NCBI GenBank assembly: GCA_030149285.1
Contig: JASBRU010000004.1
Span: 114,997-178,996, forward strand
Reading direction: 5' to 3'
Source: Flavobacteriales bacterium
GTDB lineage: Bacteria; Bacteroidota; Bacteroidia; Flavobacteriales; JASBRU01
DNA: 64,000 nucleotides
Made by a program: the position numbers and the translations under genes. This document shows, in pieces, positions 38,931 to 50,400 of the stretch; the stretch's first letter is position 1; each line of letters begins with the position of its first letter. The notes below the pieces were generated by a model that was given only the letters and a program-made list of their open reading frames with translations, did not search any database and had not been told where the DNA came from.

Positions 38931-39707
38931 TTATCTGGCACCAGATTTAAACTTGTTTATTGCATTTACTGTGAAGTCTGAAAGTACTAATTTTCCGCTC
39001 ATTTCTGCTCTTTTTTCCAATAAATCATCCCAGTTATCAGTTCCTTGCCAGAAAATATTTTTCAGCATTCCCATTGCTTCAGGGTTGCTTTTTGCTAGTT
39101 TATTTGCCAATGCATCAACAGCTTCATCAAGCTCTTCAACAGTATTATATACATCAGTATATAAGCCTTTTTCTCTTGCCCAGTCTGCGCTAAACCACTC
39201 TGTAGCATTAATGGCCATCGCACTCATTGCAGAAGTACCAACTTTGCGTTCTACAGCAGGGCCTACCACAAAGGGGCCAATACCTACTGCCAACTCACTT
39301 AGCTTTACTGATGCCGCATTTGTAGCCATGCAGTAATCTACTGCCGAAGCCATGCCTACACCTCCGCCAACAGCTTTGCCTTGTACTCTACCAATAATTA
39401 GTTTTGGGCACTTACGCGCCGCATTTATAACTCGGGCAAAGCCCATGAAAAATTCTTTTCCTACCTCAAATGTTTCTATAGAAATCAGCTCATCAAAAGA
39501 TGCTCCAGCACAAAATGCTTTTTCTCCTTCGCTTTTTAATACAATTACTTTTACATCATTATTCTCTCCCGTAGCAGTAATTGTTTGCGCTAACTCTTTC
39601 AATACTTTTCCCGGTAAAGAGTTACTCTTTGGGTGATTAAACGTAATCGTTGCTATTCCGTTTTCAATTTGGGTTTCTACACCGCCTTGCTCTATAATAT
39701 TATCCAT
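38931..39707 (-). CDS. enoyl-CoA hydratase/isomerase (probable PaaF-equivalent)
   Basis: AFCAGA, GKAVGGG.G, LSE...GIGP; translationally coupled behind paaZ-ABM. Confidence 0.8.
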   Translation of the reverse strand: MDNIIEQGGVETQIENGIATITFNHPKSNSLPGKVLKELAQTITATGENNDVKVIVLKSEGEKAFCAGASFDELISIETFEVGKEFFMGFARVINAARKCPKLIIGRVQGKAVGGGVGMASAVDYCMATNAASVKLSELAVGIGPFVVGPAVERKVGTSAMSAMAINATEWFSADWAREKGLYTDVYNTVEELDEAVDALANKLAKSNPEAMGMLKNIFWQGTDNWDDLLEKRAEMSGKLVLSDFTVNAINKFKSGAR

Positions 39708-40044
39708 TTTCGTTTTCTAAGTTGAATTCGTAATCTTTCTCTACTTTACATATACGCACTTTGTAATGCTCGTAAAACTTCTTTTTCCCTAATTCCTTAG
39801 CACCTTGATGAAGCATATTTTTGCTCCAGCCATCTATATCTTCCAATGTTTTCCAATAGGTAATAGACGCGCCATAGCCATTTTCATCTCTAAAGCTTTC
39901 CATGCCTAAAAAACCATCTAACATAGATGCCTTCATATATACAGCATCATTTAAACCTACATACCCATCATCTACATCTGTTCTCTGAGAAGTAAATATA
40001 ACTGAGTAATAAGGTGGTTCGGGAGTGTTTATTCCGTGTTTCAT
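39700..40044 (-). CDS. ABM family monooxygenase-like protein
   Basis: PPYY.VIFTS.R, GFLGMES.R...G...SITYW...I..W....H. Confidence 0.85.
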   Translation of the reverse strand: MKHGINTPEPPYYSVIFTSQRTDVDDGYVGLNDAVYMKASMLDGFLGMESFRDENGYGASITYWKTLEDIDGWSKNMLHQGAKELGKKKFYEHYKVRICKVEKDYEFNLENENG

Positions 40045-42089
40045 TACATCGATTGATCTAGTTTTTTAACCATGGTAAGGATAGTGGCTATTGCTACTGT
40101 TTCGCCTGTTTCATCGTAAACATCTACCAAGAATTTTACAATACCCTTGGCAATATCTTCCTCACTTCGTTTCTCTTGGTCTACTTTTTCTTTTACGGTT
40201 AGTTTTACACCTATTGTCATCCCCGGGTAAACAGGTTTCGTAAATCGGCATTCTTCTAATCCGTAGTTTAATAAAACAGGTCCTTTTTTAGGGTCTACAA
40301 ACAAGCCTGCTGCTGCAGATAATACAAAGTACCCATGTGCTACTCTGCCCTCAAAAATGGTTTCATCTAGTGATGTTACATCCATATGAGCATAAAAATT
40401 ATCTCCGCTTATGTTGGCAAAGTTTACTACATCTGCCTCTGTAACTGTACGTTTATGTGTAATAACCGTATCTCCTACTGTCAAGTCTTCAAAGTGCTTA
40501 CGGAATGGGTGTACTTCGGTTTCGTTTTGCTTTCCGCCGTATTGGTATACATTAGTTATTCTGCTTAAAGTGGTTGGTGTACCTTGTATAGCGGTACGCT
40601 GCATGTAATGGAATACGCCTCTCATACCACCCATTTCTTCGCCACCACCTGCTCTACCTGGGCCACCATGCGTAAGCATTGGCATAGGCGAACCATGTCC
40701 TGTACTTTCTTTAGCAGATTCTTCATTCAGTACTAATATTCTACCGTGGTGTGAAGCAGCGCCAATTACAAATTCTCTGGCAACCTCATCATCTGCAGTA
40801 GCAATAGAGCATACCAATGAGCCTTTACCCATTTTAGTTAACTCAATGGCTTCCTCGGTAGTTTTATAAGGCATAATAGTGCTTACCGGACCAAATGCCT
40901 CAATATTATGTGTGTCTTGATTAGTAAATGGATTGTCATTTCGCATTAAAATTGGCGATAAGAATGCTCCATTTTTATCTGCTCCCATTAATTGAACTTC
41001 GTTTACATCTCCGAATACAATTTCTGATGAGCCTGATAATTGCTGTATTTTTTCTCTTACCTCATCTACTTGTGTTTGTCCGGCTAATGCCCCCATACGT
41101 ACGCCCTCTACTTGCGGGTCTCCAACAGTAGTTTTTGCCAAACGCTGGCCTACAGCTATTTGTACATCTTCCAATATATTTTCTGGAACAAATATTCTAC
41201 GGATGGCCGTACATTTTTGTCCGGCTTTTACTGTCATTTCTCTTACTACCTCTTTTACAAAAAGGTCAAACTCAGGCATACCCGGCTTTACATCTAAGCC
41301 CAATACAGAACTATTTAAAGAGTCTGCCTCCATATTAAATGGCACTGCTTCTTCTACAATTTTTGGGTGCGACTTTAGCATCTTACCTGTGCTTGCAGAA
41401 CCTGTAAAGGTTACAATATCTTGTGATTCTACATGGTCTAAAATACCATTAGCAGAACCACAAATCAGCTGTAAAGAGCCCTCGGGTAAAATACCCGAAG
41501 CAATAATTTCTTTTACCACTACTTCCGTTAAGAAAGAGGTTATGGTTGCCGGTTTTACCACAGCAGGTACACCTGCTAATAGGTTTACCGCAATTTTTTC
41601 TAGCATTCCCCAAACAGGGAAATTAAATGCGTTGATATGAACTGCTACGCCTTCTTTTGGTACCATAATATGGTGCCCAACAAATGTTCCGCCTTTTGAT
41701 AAGCCTACAGTATCACCATCCACATAATAGGTCTCGTTTGGGAACTGTCTACGAAGACTGGCGTTTGCAAATAAGTTTCCGATACCTCCTTCAATGTCAA
41801 TCCAGCTATCTACTTTGGTTGCACCCGTAGCATAGCTTACTTTATAAAAATCTGCTTTTTTGCTGTTTAGGTGTAAAGCCAATGCTTTTATCATACGCCC
41901 TCGCTCATGAAAAGTCATTTTACGCAATGCTTTGTTTCCTACAGTACGTCCATAATCTAACATCTGCCCAAAGTCTAATCCTGCACTAGACGCATAGGCT
42001 ATTTTTTCGCCCGTAATAGCATTGTATAAGGCTTTGCCTTCTCCATTACCTTCTATCCATTTGCCGTAGGCATAGTTCTGTAATTTCAT
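40044..42089 (-). CDS. paaZ: oxepin-CoA hydrolase / aldehyde dehydrogenase PaaZ
   Basis: ALDH domain (HINAFNFP.WGMLEK, FTGSA.TG, EADSLN, GQKCTAIRR) plus C-terminal MaoC hot-dog domain. Confidence 0.96.
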   Translation of the reverse strand: MKLQNYAYGKWIEGNGEGKALYNAITGEKIAYASSAGLDFGQMLDYGRTVGNKALRKMTFHERGRMIKALALHLNSKKADFYKVSYATGATKVDSWIDIEGGIGNLFANASLRRQFPNETYYVDGDTVGLSKGGTFVGHHIMVPKEGVAVHINAFNFPVWGMLEKIAVNLLAGVPAVVKPATITSFLTEVVVKEIIASGILPEGSLQLICGSANGILDHVESQDIVTFTGSASTGKMLKSHPKIVEEAVPFNMEADSLNSSVLGLDVKPGMPEFDLFVKEVVREMTVKAGQKCTAIRRIFVPENILEDVQIAVGQRLAKTTVGDPQVEGVRMGALAGQTQVDEVREKIQQLSGSSEIVFGDVNEVQLMGADKNGAFLSPILMRNDNPFTNQDTHNIEAFGPVSTIMPYKTTEEAIELTKMGKGSLVCSIATADDEVAREFVIGAASHHGRILVLNEESAKESTGHGSPMPMLTHGGPGRAGGGEEMGGMRGVFHYMQRTAIQGTPTTLSRITNVYQYGGKQNETEVHPFRKHFEDLTVGDTVITHKRTVTEADVVNFANISGDNFYAHMDVTSLDETIFEGRVAHGYFVLSAAAGLFVDPKKGPVLLNYGLEECRFTKPVYPGMTIGVKLTVKEKVDQEKRSEEDIAKGIVKFLVDVYDETGETVAIATILTMVKKLDQSM

Positions 42090-42107
42090 ATCAATCGTCT
42101 ATTTTTT

Positions 42108-44240
42108 CTATTCGTATAAATTGGTATAACCCATATTATAAAACATAAAGGCCCATTTATCTGCTTGTTCTTCAATAATTTTTGAGGTTGGCTTTCCTGC
42201 GCCATGCCCCGCATCCGTTTCAATTCTAATCAGCACCGGGTTTTCACCTGTATGCTTTTCTTGCAATGTTGCTGCAAATTTAAAAGAATGTGCGGGAACT
42301 ACACGGTCATCATGGTCTGCAGTTGTAACCATTGTTGCAGGGTATTCTACCCCTTCTTTTAGGTTATGTACAGGCGAGTAACCGTATAAATACTCAAACA
42401 TCTCTTTGCTTTCTTCGCTAGAACCATACTCCGGTACCCAGCCCCAGCCTACAGTAAATTTGTGGTAGCGCAACATGTCCATTACCCCCACCGCGGGGAA
42501 TGCTACTTTGTATAAATCCGGTCTTTGGGCCATACATGCACCAACTAATAAGCCTCCGTTTGAACCTCCGGCAATAGCCAGTTTTTCACTTGAGGTGTAC
42601 TTATTATCAATTAGGTATTCTGCAGCAGCAATAAAATCGTCAAACACATTTTGCTTTTTCATTAGCATACCGTCTTTGTGCCATTCTTCTCCGTACTCTC
42701 CTCCACCACGTAAATTGGCAACCGCATAAATGCCTCCGTTTTCTAATAAAACGATGTTACTTGTGCTAAATGATGGTGCAAGATTGATGTTAAAGCCCCC
42801 ATAAGCATATAGCAATGTTGGGTTGGTTCCATCAAGCTTCAGTCCTTTTTTATGAACTATAAACATGGGTACCTTGGTACCATCTTTACTTTTAAAGAAT
42901 ACTTGGTTCGCCTCATAATCTTCAGGGTTGAACTTCAATTCCGGTTTGTTATATACCATAGACTCTCCCGACTCTACATCATATGCAAATATGGTTGTTG
43001 GATATGTAAATGAAGTAAAGCTATAGTACAATGTTTTATCATCTTCTTCACCACTAAAGCCGCCTGCACTACCTATGCCCGGTAATTGTATTTCTACCTC
43101 GCCTGTACCATCATAATTATAACGATAAATATGAGTTGAAACATCTTGTAAGTAGTCTGCAAACAAATAGCCTCCTCCGGTACTCACCCCTTCCAGTATA
43201 TGGTCTTTTTCCGGAATAATTGTTTCCCAATTTTCCTTTGCAGGGTTATTAGGGTCAATAGCTACCAGTCTGTTTTTTGGCGCGTCTACATCTGTACGTA
43301 CTAAAAACTTTCCTCCTTCGTGCTCTATCACACTGCTCTTACTATCAAAACCTGTAATTAATGGACTAAACTCATCATCCGTTCCTGCTTTTTTAAAGTG
43401 AATGTCTACACCTTCAGTACCTTGTTGTTGATATAAAATAATGTACTCCTCATCATCCGGAACACTTACAAAGTGATAAATTTTTGGATCGGTTGGGTGC
43501 TTATATACCAACTCATCTTTCTCTTGTGGGTCGCCTAGTTTATGGTAGTAAACCGAGTGATACTCATTGGCTGCCGATAGCTCTGTTCCGTCTTCCGGAG
43601 CTTTGTATCGGCTGTAAAAGAAACCATCTTTATACCAAGATGCTCCTGAAAATTTTACCCATTTTAATACATCCGGTAGTTCTTTATTGGTAGCAATTTC
43701 ACGTACATGAATCTCAGACCAATCTGAACCAGCCTCCGAACGAGAGTAAGCCATATACTTATTGTCCTTTGACTTGCCTGCAAAACCAATAGATACGGTT
43801 CCGTTTTCAGACAAAGTGTTTGGATCTATAAATACTTTTTCTTCGCCATCTGCTCCCTCTTTGTAATAAATTACCGATTGATTTTGTAGTCCACTGTTTT
43901 TAGAGTAGAAAAAGTAATCTCCTACTTTCCATGGAGCAGAAAGTTTGGGGTAATTAAATATCTCTTCATATCTCTTTTCAATCTTTTCACGAAAAGGGAT
44001 ACTTTCTAAGTAGGCATTGGTAACCTTATTTTCTTCTATTACCCATGCTTTGGTATCTTCTGCGTTATCATCTTCTAGCCACCTATATGGGTCTGCCACG
44101 CTTGTGCCAAAGTAATCATCTACCTGATCTACTTTTTTGGTTTCAGGGTATTTCAATGCTGTTGTTGTTTTAGTAGTTTCGGTGCCGCAAGCTGCAAAAA
44201 TTAGTGCTGTTGGCAAACTCATTAACAATACTTTTTTCAT
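42108..44240 (-). CDS. prolyl oligopeptidase (S9A), lipoprotein
   Basis: Lipobox FAAC; DPYRWLED, GGSNGGLL, DHDDRVVP.HS, AGHGAG. Confidence 0.95.
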   Translation of the reverse strand: MKKVLLMSLPTALIFAACGTETTKTTTALKYPETKKVDQVDDYFGTSVADPYRWLEDDNAEDTKAWVIEENKVTNAYLESIPFREKIEKRYEEIFNYPKLSAPWKVGDYFFYSKNSGLQNQSVIYYKEGADGEEKVFIDPNTLSENGTVSIGFAGKSKDNKYMAYSRSEAGSDWSEIHVREIATNKELPDVLKWVKFSGASWYKDGFFYSRYKAPEDGTELSAANEYHSVYYHKLGDPQEKDELVYKHPTDPKIYHFVSVPDDEEYIILYQQQGTEGVDIHFKKAGTDDEFSPLITGFDSKSSVIEHEGGKFLVRTDVDAPKNRLVAIDPNNPAKENWETIIPEKDHILEGVSTGGGYLFADYLQDVSTHIYRYNYDGTGEVEIQLPGIGSAGGFSGEEDDKTLYYSFTSFTYPTTIFAYDVESGESMVYNKPELKFNPEDYEANQVFFKSKDGTKVPMFIVHKKGLKLDGTNPTLLYAYGGFNINLAPSFSTSNIVLLENGGIYAVANLRGGGEYGEEWHKDGMLMKKQNVFDDFIAAAEYLIDNKYTSSEKLAIAGGSNGGLLVGACMAQRPDLYKVAFPAVGVMDMLRYHKFTVGWGWVPEYGSSEESKEMFEYLYGYSPVHNLKEGVEYPATMVTTADHDDRVVPAHSFKFAATLQEKHTGENPVLIRIETDAGHGAGKPTSKIIEEQADKWAFMFYNMGYTNLYE

Positions 44241-44368
44241 GATGTTTATATATTATTTCAAGGAGAAATGCTTTACCCCTCTGGTATCAAGAAATTTTGA
44301 TGTGTAAGTTAGTCCAAATTTCGCTTTTTTCCGAAAGCTACCGAATTCATCACTAAAGTTTAACACAT

Positions 44369-44396
44369 AAAAAAAGCGGGGCATCTCTGCCCCGCT
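44369..44396 (-). terminator. Rho-independent terminator after the large T9SS gene
   Basis: GCGGGGCA-N4-TGCCCCGC followed by a T-tract on the minus strand. Confidence 0.85.
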
Positions 44397-44421
44397 CTCA
44401 ACTAAGAATATACTCAATTAA

Positions 44422-47400
44422 CTATTGTACTATGAGGTTATGCACCTCAACAGCACTTTCTCTAGTAAGTTTAACTGTATAAGTTCCTTTTGCAAACGTA
44501 CTTATATCTATTGTTTTCACTTCATTAACAAACACTTTAGTTGTTTCTCTGTAAACAACCTGTCCGTTAATAGCTACAATTTCTATCGTTACGTTTTCAT
44601 CCTTGTAATTTCCATTACTGATGTTAAATACAGTACTTGTAGGGTTAGGGTATATCGCAAATACATCAACTGTATTTTCTTCTATACCAATAAAGCAACT
44701 ATCTACTTGTACAGATACTGAAGCAGACGAGTCTCTACAAACACCGTAACCAGGCACTGTATAAGTAAAGTTATAAGTGCCTTGTATGCCTAATACTGAA
44801 GCATCAAATGTGCTACCTGTAACTCCACCTGTTAAGTCGTCATCACTCCATATTCCACCTACATCAGGCGTACCTGTAAGAATTGTATTTAAGTCTACAG
44901 AGTCATCTAAACAGATAGTCACTGTACCTCCACCTACTCCAGGATTAGCTTCTGCATTAATATTTACAGTTACTAATGCTGTGTCTGTGCCTGTACATAC
45001 CGTACCTGTAACTACATAGTTTGCTACATATGTTCCTGCTCCAATTGAAGAGGGGTCAATAGTAGCCCCTGTAATTAAGGCACCTGTTGTATCGTAGAAG
45101 TTACCTGTAGTATCTCTACCTGCGGTTAATGAAGCTAATAAGTCTAATGATATATCGCTTACACAAGCATCTACTGTTAAGTCTGCTCCTGCATCAGGTA
45201 AACCACTTACAACTACTGTAACTGTTGACGAATCTGAAGGACAAGCTGTTCCTGCCACAGTGTATACAAATGTATACGAGCCTGAAGCTACCGCTGTTGC
45301 ATCAAAAATGTTTCCTGTTAATGCTCCTGTTGCGTTTACATCATTCCATGTTCCGCCCATATCAGAGCCTGGTAAAGCTGCATAAATATCTACAGCATTA
45401 TCTGTAATACATACGGCTAAGCTTGAGTCTGTACCAGCATTTGGTGCAGCTTCAACATTTACATCAATAAAGGCTGTATCGTTATCACATGGATAAGCTA
45501 ATACTACATATGCAAAGTTATATGTTGCTCCTGGAGCTACTGCAGTAGCATCAAACATGTTCATAGTTAAAGCACCTGTTGCGCTTAGATCTACCCACAT
45601 ACCGCCAGCAGTTCCGCCAGTTAAACCAGTGCTTAAGTCTACCATGTTATCCGTTTCACAAGCATCTATTACAGAGCCTGTTCCTGCATCTGGTGTTGCT
45701 ATTACATGAAGTGCAAAAGAATCTACAGCACATGTTGTTGTATAATAAACAGTATAAGAACCCGGTGTGCTTCCTGCTAGGTCTAACATACCTGTAGAGG
45801 TACTCATAAACGCAAGACCTGTAGACGAACTAAATGTTCCGCCTGCATCACCTGTTATAGTAGCTACTGGGTTTACATCTGTCTCACAGAATATAGTGTC
45901 AGGATAGCTAAAGCTAGCATCTCCCGGCACAACTGTTTCTGTAACATCTAATGAATAAACACCATTGTTAGAGCTAAACCCTTCTACTACTACGTAATAA
46001 ACCGTATTTGGCATTACTGGTGTTGTAATTTCAGATTGTGTTCCACAGAAGTCATCGTTTGTAGCAACCGATGAACCCGTAGCATCTAGTACTCTAAGGA
46101 ATGAGTCATAGCTAGTTGCAGCACAAGTTGATACTGTTATAGAGTCTGCACATGGTCCTGTTGTTAACTGATAGAATGCATCTGCAGACCCATTACCAAT
46201 TTGATCAGTAAAGCACTCAGCGGTACTGTTAGAATCTGAATACGGTAATGACGCAATAATAATTGGGTTTGCTAATGAATCCCCTACAAATGGTGCACAT
46301 AAAGTAGTAAAGGTAAATGGTCCTGTCCACATACTCACATCGCCTAAACCACAACTATCTCTTACATACACATCATATGTTGTTTGTGCCATTAAGCTTG
46401 TTGCAGCAAATGGGTTTGTAGTTGTAGATGTCCATGTTGTTCCTAAACCGCTACCGGTTGGTACTATTTGAATATCCCAATTCATTGAGCCTCCACTAGT
46501 CCATCCAATATCTGCAGAACTAGAAGTAATATTTGAAGCATTTATTAATGATGGAGCCGGGCAAGCAGGAGCCTCTATTATAGAAAGGTCATCAATTGCT
46601 TGGTCACCACAACAGCCAAAGCCATTTGCAACAAATCTCACTTGAACTGTATCTCCTGCATATGCAGAGATATTTACAATTGCTTCTAACCATGGTGCTG
46701 AAGAACTTGTTTGTGTTGCTCCTGTAAGGTTATACACATTAGTCCACATTGCGCCATTATCATTAGATACTTCAACATCTAAATCTGGTAACGAAGTACC
46801 ATTTCTATGATACCAAAAACGCAGTTCTGGTGTTGTTAAAGTACTTATATCAATAGTAGGAGAAACTAACATAGCTACGTCACCTGTTGAACCAACAGAA
46901 GCTTCAGTATATAAGAAGTTTCCTGAGCCAGTAGTATGGTCAACTGTTGGCCCATTTCCTGAGCCGGGTGCTGCAGATCTTGGTCCCCATTGCAATACAT
47001 TTGGCGTAACCATATCCGGTGTTCTTGACCAACAAACATCTACAGTTGTGTTTGCGTTCTCAAAACTAGTTCCCGGTACCCAAGTTACTCCATCAAAATC
47101 TTCAGAGTAAGGAGCAGTGAAAATAGTACATGATGTACTAAATGTATAAGGTCCTACCCACATACTTACGTTACCTACACCGCAGCTATCTCTTACATAA
47201 TAGTCATAAGTGGTTGCAGCTGTTAAGCCGCCTAATGTATGAGGGTTATTAGTAGTATTTACTATTGTTCCTGCACCTAAAGCAAAACCAGTTGGTCCCC
47301 ATTGTATATTAGCATCTGTAGCACCACCTGTAGTCCAGCTTAAATCTGCCGAAGTAGGTGTTAAATTACTTGCTGTAGGCGCAGATGGAGGTATACATGC

Positions 47401-50400
47401 AGGAGGAGTACAGTTTCCTGTACCTGTAAACACAACACCCGTTGGAGCGCCTGCCGATACAACTGCTTGAGAAAATACTGTTGTACCATATGGGTCTATT
47501 ATATCATAACTAACTTCTTCGTCAAAAGACCCTCCGTTATACGTTACTGTTAATGCTAGTCCATCACATACATCAAATGTAGAGGTTGCGCTAGAGCCTG
47601 TAGTAAAGGTATGGTTGGTAATAATACCTCCCATATCAATATCTACTGATCCTCCGTTCCATCCATCACCAAATGTGTCAAACATATTTATAGTATATGT
47701 ACAAGGTGCCGCACATGCTGCTGTAGTAAATGTAAATGGTCCTACCCATACACTTACATCACCAGGAGCACAACTGTCTCTTACATAATAATCATAGGTA
47801 GTTGTAGCTGTTAAACCCATTAATGTATAAGGGTTTGCTAATGCTGGAGTTACTGTACCTGAGCCCAAAGAGAAACCGGTAGCTCCCCATTGTATTTCCC
47901 AAGTCGTTGCGCCGCCTGTTGTCCAATCTAAATCTGCTGTTACATCTGTAATGTTAGATGCATTAAGCGCCGAAGGCGCCGGACAAGTTGGTGCTTCTTG
48001 TAATGATACATCATCTATTGCTTGGTCGCCGCAACATCCAAAACCGTCTGCTCTAAATCTCACAACCACTGTATCGTTTGCATAAGCAGAAATATTTACA
48101 ATTGCCTCTAACCATGGGTCAGAAGAACTTGTTTGTATTTGACCCGTTAGTGCATATACACTATCCCAATTTGCTCCATTATCATTAGATATCTCTACAG
48201 TAAGATCTGCTAAGTTTGTGCTAAACCTGTGATACCAAAAACGCATTTCAGGAGTAGTTAATGGAGATAAATCAATGCTTGGAGTCATTAAGAAAGCAAC
48301 GTCTCCTGTACTACTACTTGACGCCTCTACATACATAAAGTTTCCGGTACCAGAATGGTCTACAAACGGACCATTACCACTACCCGGACCATTGTTATCC
48401 GGTATCCACTTAAATGGTTCAGAACCTTGTGAAACATCTGGGTTAGATGACCAACATGGGTCAATTGCATTACCTGAGTTTGAATTTGCGCCAAACCAGC
48501 TTGAGCCATCAAAGCTTTCGCTAAATGGAGCGCTAAATACGGAACATGCTGTTGTAAAAGAATATGGTCCTGTAAAGGCACTTGTTGAGCCTCCACAATC
48601 TTCTTGTACATAATAATCATATGTTGTGTTTCCGCTTAAACCACTTAATGTATGAGGGTTTGAAACACCCATTACCATAGTTCCTGCGCCTTGTATAAAG
48701 CCTGTTGCTCCCCATTCTATATTCCATGCAGTGGTCGACACGTCTCCTGCTGTCCAGCTTAAGTCTGCTGAAGATGGTGTAAAGTTTGATGCAGTTAACA
48801 ATGATGGTTGTGTACAGCTTGCCGGTGTAAATTCATCCGCACCAATATCTACAGTTGTAGAACCTGATGCCGGACGTAATTCTCCATCAACATCTTCTGT
48901 AATACCCACAGTATTATCACCAACATCATTAGGTAATGTACCAATAATATGAAGGTCTGAAGCCGGGTTTAAATACCCAGGGTCTCCTTCTAATGAGTTT
49001 ACGTTTAAAGCAACGTCAACTGCTTGCCATGCTGCTAATGTAGCATAGCTAGTACCATTATATGAAATAAGGTTAGTACCTGTTCCGTAATAAATATTAT
49101 AGTTTATAACATCCGTAACATCTTGTCCAGATGTTGAGGTTCCTGTTTCATATGCAAAATCTGTTGAGGTACTGAAAATGTTATTTCTAATATTAAGTCC
49201 TTCAGTATCTCCCACTCTCATTCCCGGAAAACCTTCAAATGAGTTATGGTAAATATCTACATAAGCTACATCATCAATCCAAATTGCCTCATCGTTTGGT
49301 GCAATAACCATGTTGTTGCTTATCACAGATTGAGTAGTTGGGGCAGGAACTACACCTGAAGTTCCTCCTGAAAAGTTCAAATCATCCAAAGTCATCCCTT
49401 GATCTGCAGCAACTATAACGTTTCCTGAAATTGTAAAGTTATCTATGTCATCTGCCTCTATACCATTACTTGAAGTCCCTCTTAAGCCAGAGATGTTATT
49501 CCATGATATGGTTAGTGAGTCTTGATAGTCAACCTCAATACCATCATCTTCCTGTCCTGTAAGAGTATTGTTTGTAACACTGTTACCAACATTGAATGGT
49601 GTTGAGCTTGAAATTCCTGTTAGCTGAATTCCTCCAGAGCCTCCTGTAATTGTATTATTATCTATAATCGTATAGTTTGCGTTGTCTCCTGTGCTTGTTG
49701 CAGAAGTAATAGAGTTTGAAGTCACAATTCCTATTACATCAAATGTTCCGGCAGGATTCATGTCAATAACACAATTTTGAATTGTATTGTGATTTGCTTG
49801 GTTTTGTAACATTACTCCCCAAGCATCAGACGTCCCTGTATTTTGGATTGTTAAATTTTGGATTGTTACCCAGTCTGCTCCATTAATCCATACTGTTGGA
49901 GTATCATTTGGGCTTGAGTAAGATATTGTTGTGGTTGCTGCGCTACCACCATCAAAAGTAACTGAGTTAGACAAGCTCCCTCCTAAAATATCTCCGCTAA
50001 AAATTAAGGGTTCGTTATAAGTTCCGGCAGCTATATTAAATATTACCGGGCCTGAAACACCACAAGTATTAAGTTCTGCTGTTGCTTCTGCAATCGTTTG
50101 GAAGTTTGTTCCTCCCGTTGCTACAGCTGAGTTAATAGTATATACACCACTTAATTGAGATGCACATAATGTTGTAAATGATATTGGTCCTACCCAAGCA
50201 CTTACGTCTGCTGCTGCACAGCTGTCTCTTACATATGCATCATATGTAGCATTTGATAGTAAGCCAGGAATAGTCATTGGGTTGCTTGGTGCAGCAATAA
50301 TAGTTCCTGATCCTTGTGTAAAACCAGTTGGACCATATTCTATTTGCCAGTTAGTTGCCCCTCCTGTTGTCCAGCTCATATCTGCTGAAGTAGAAGTAAT

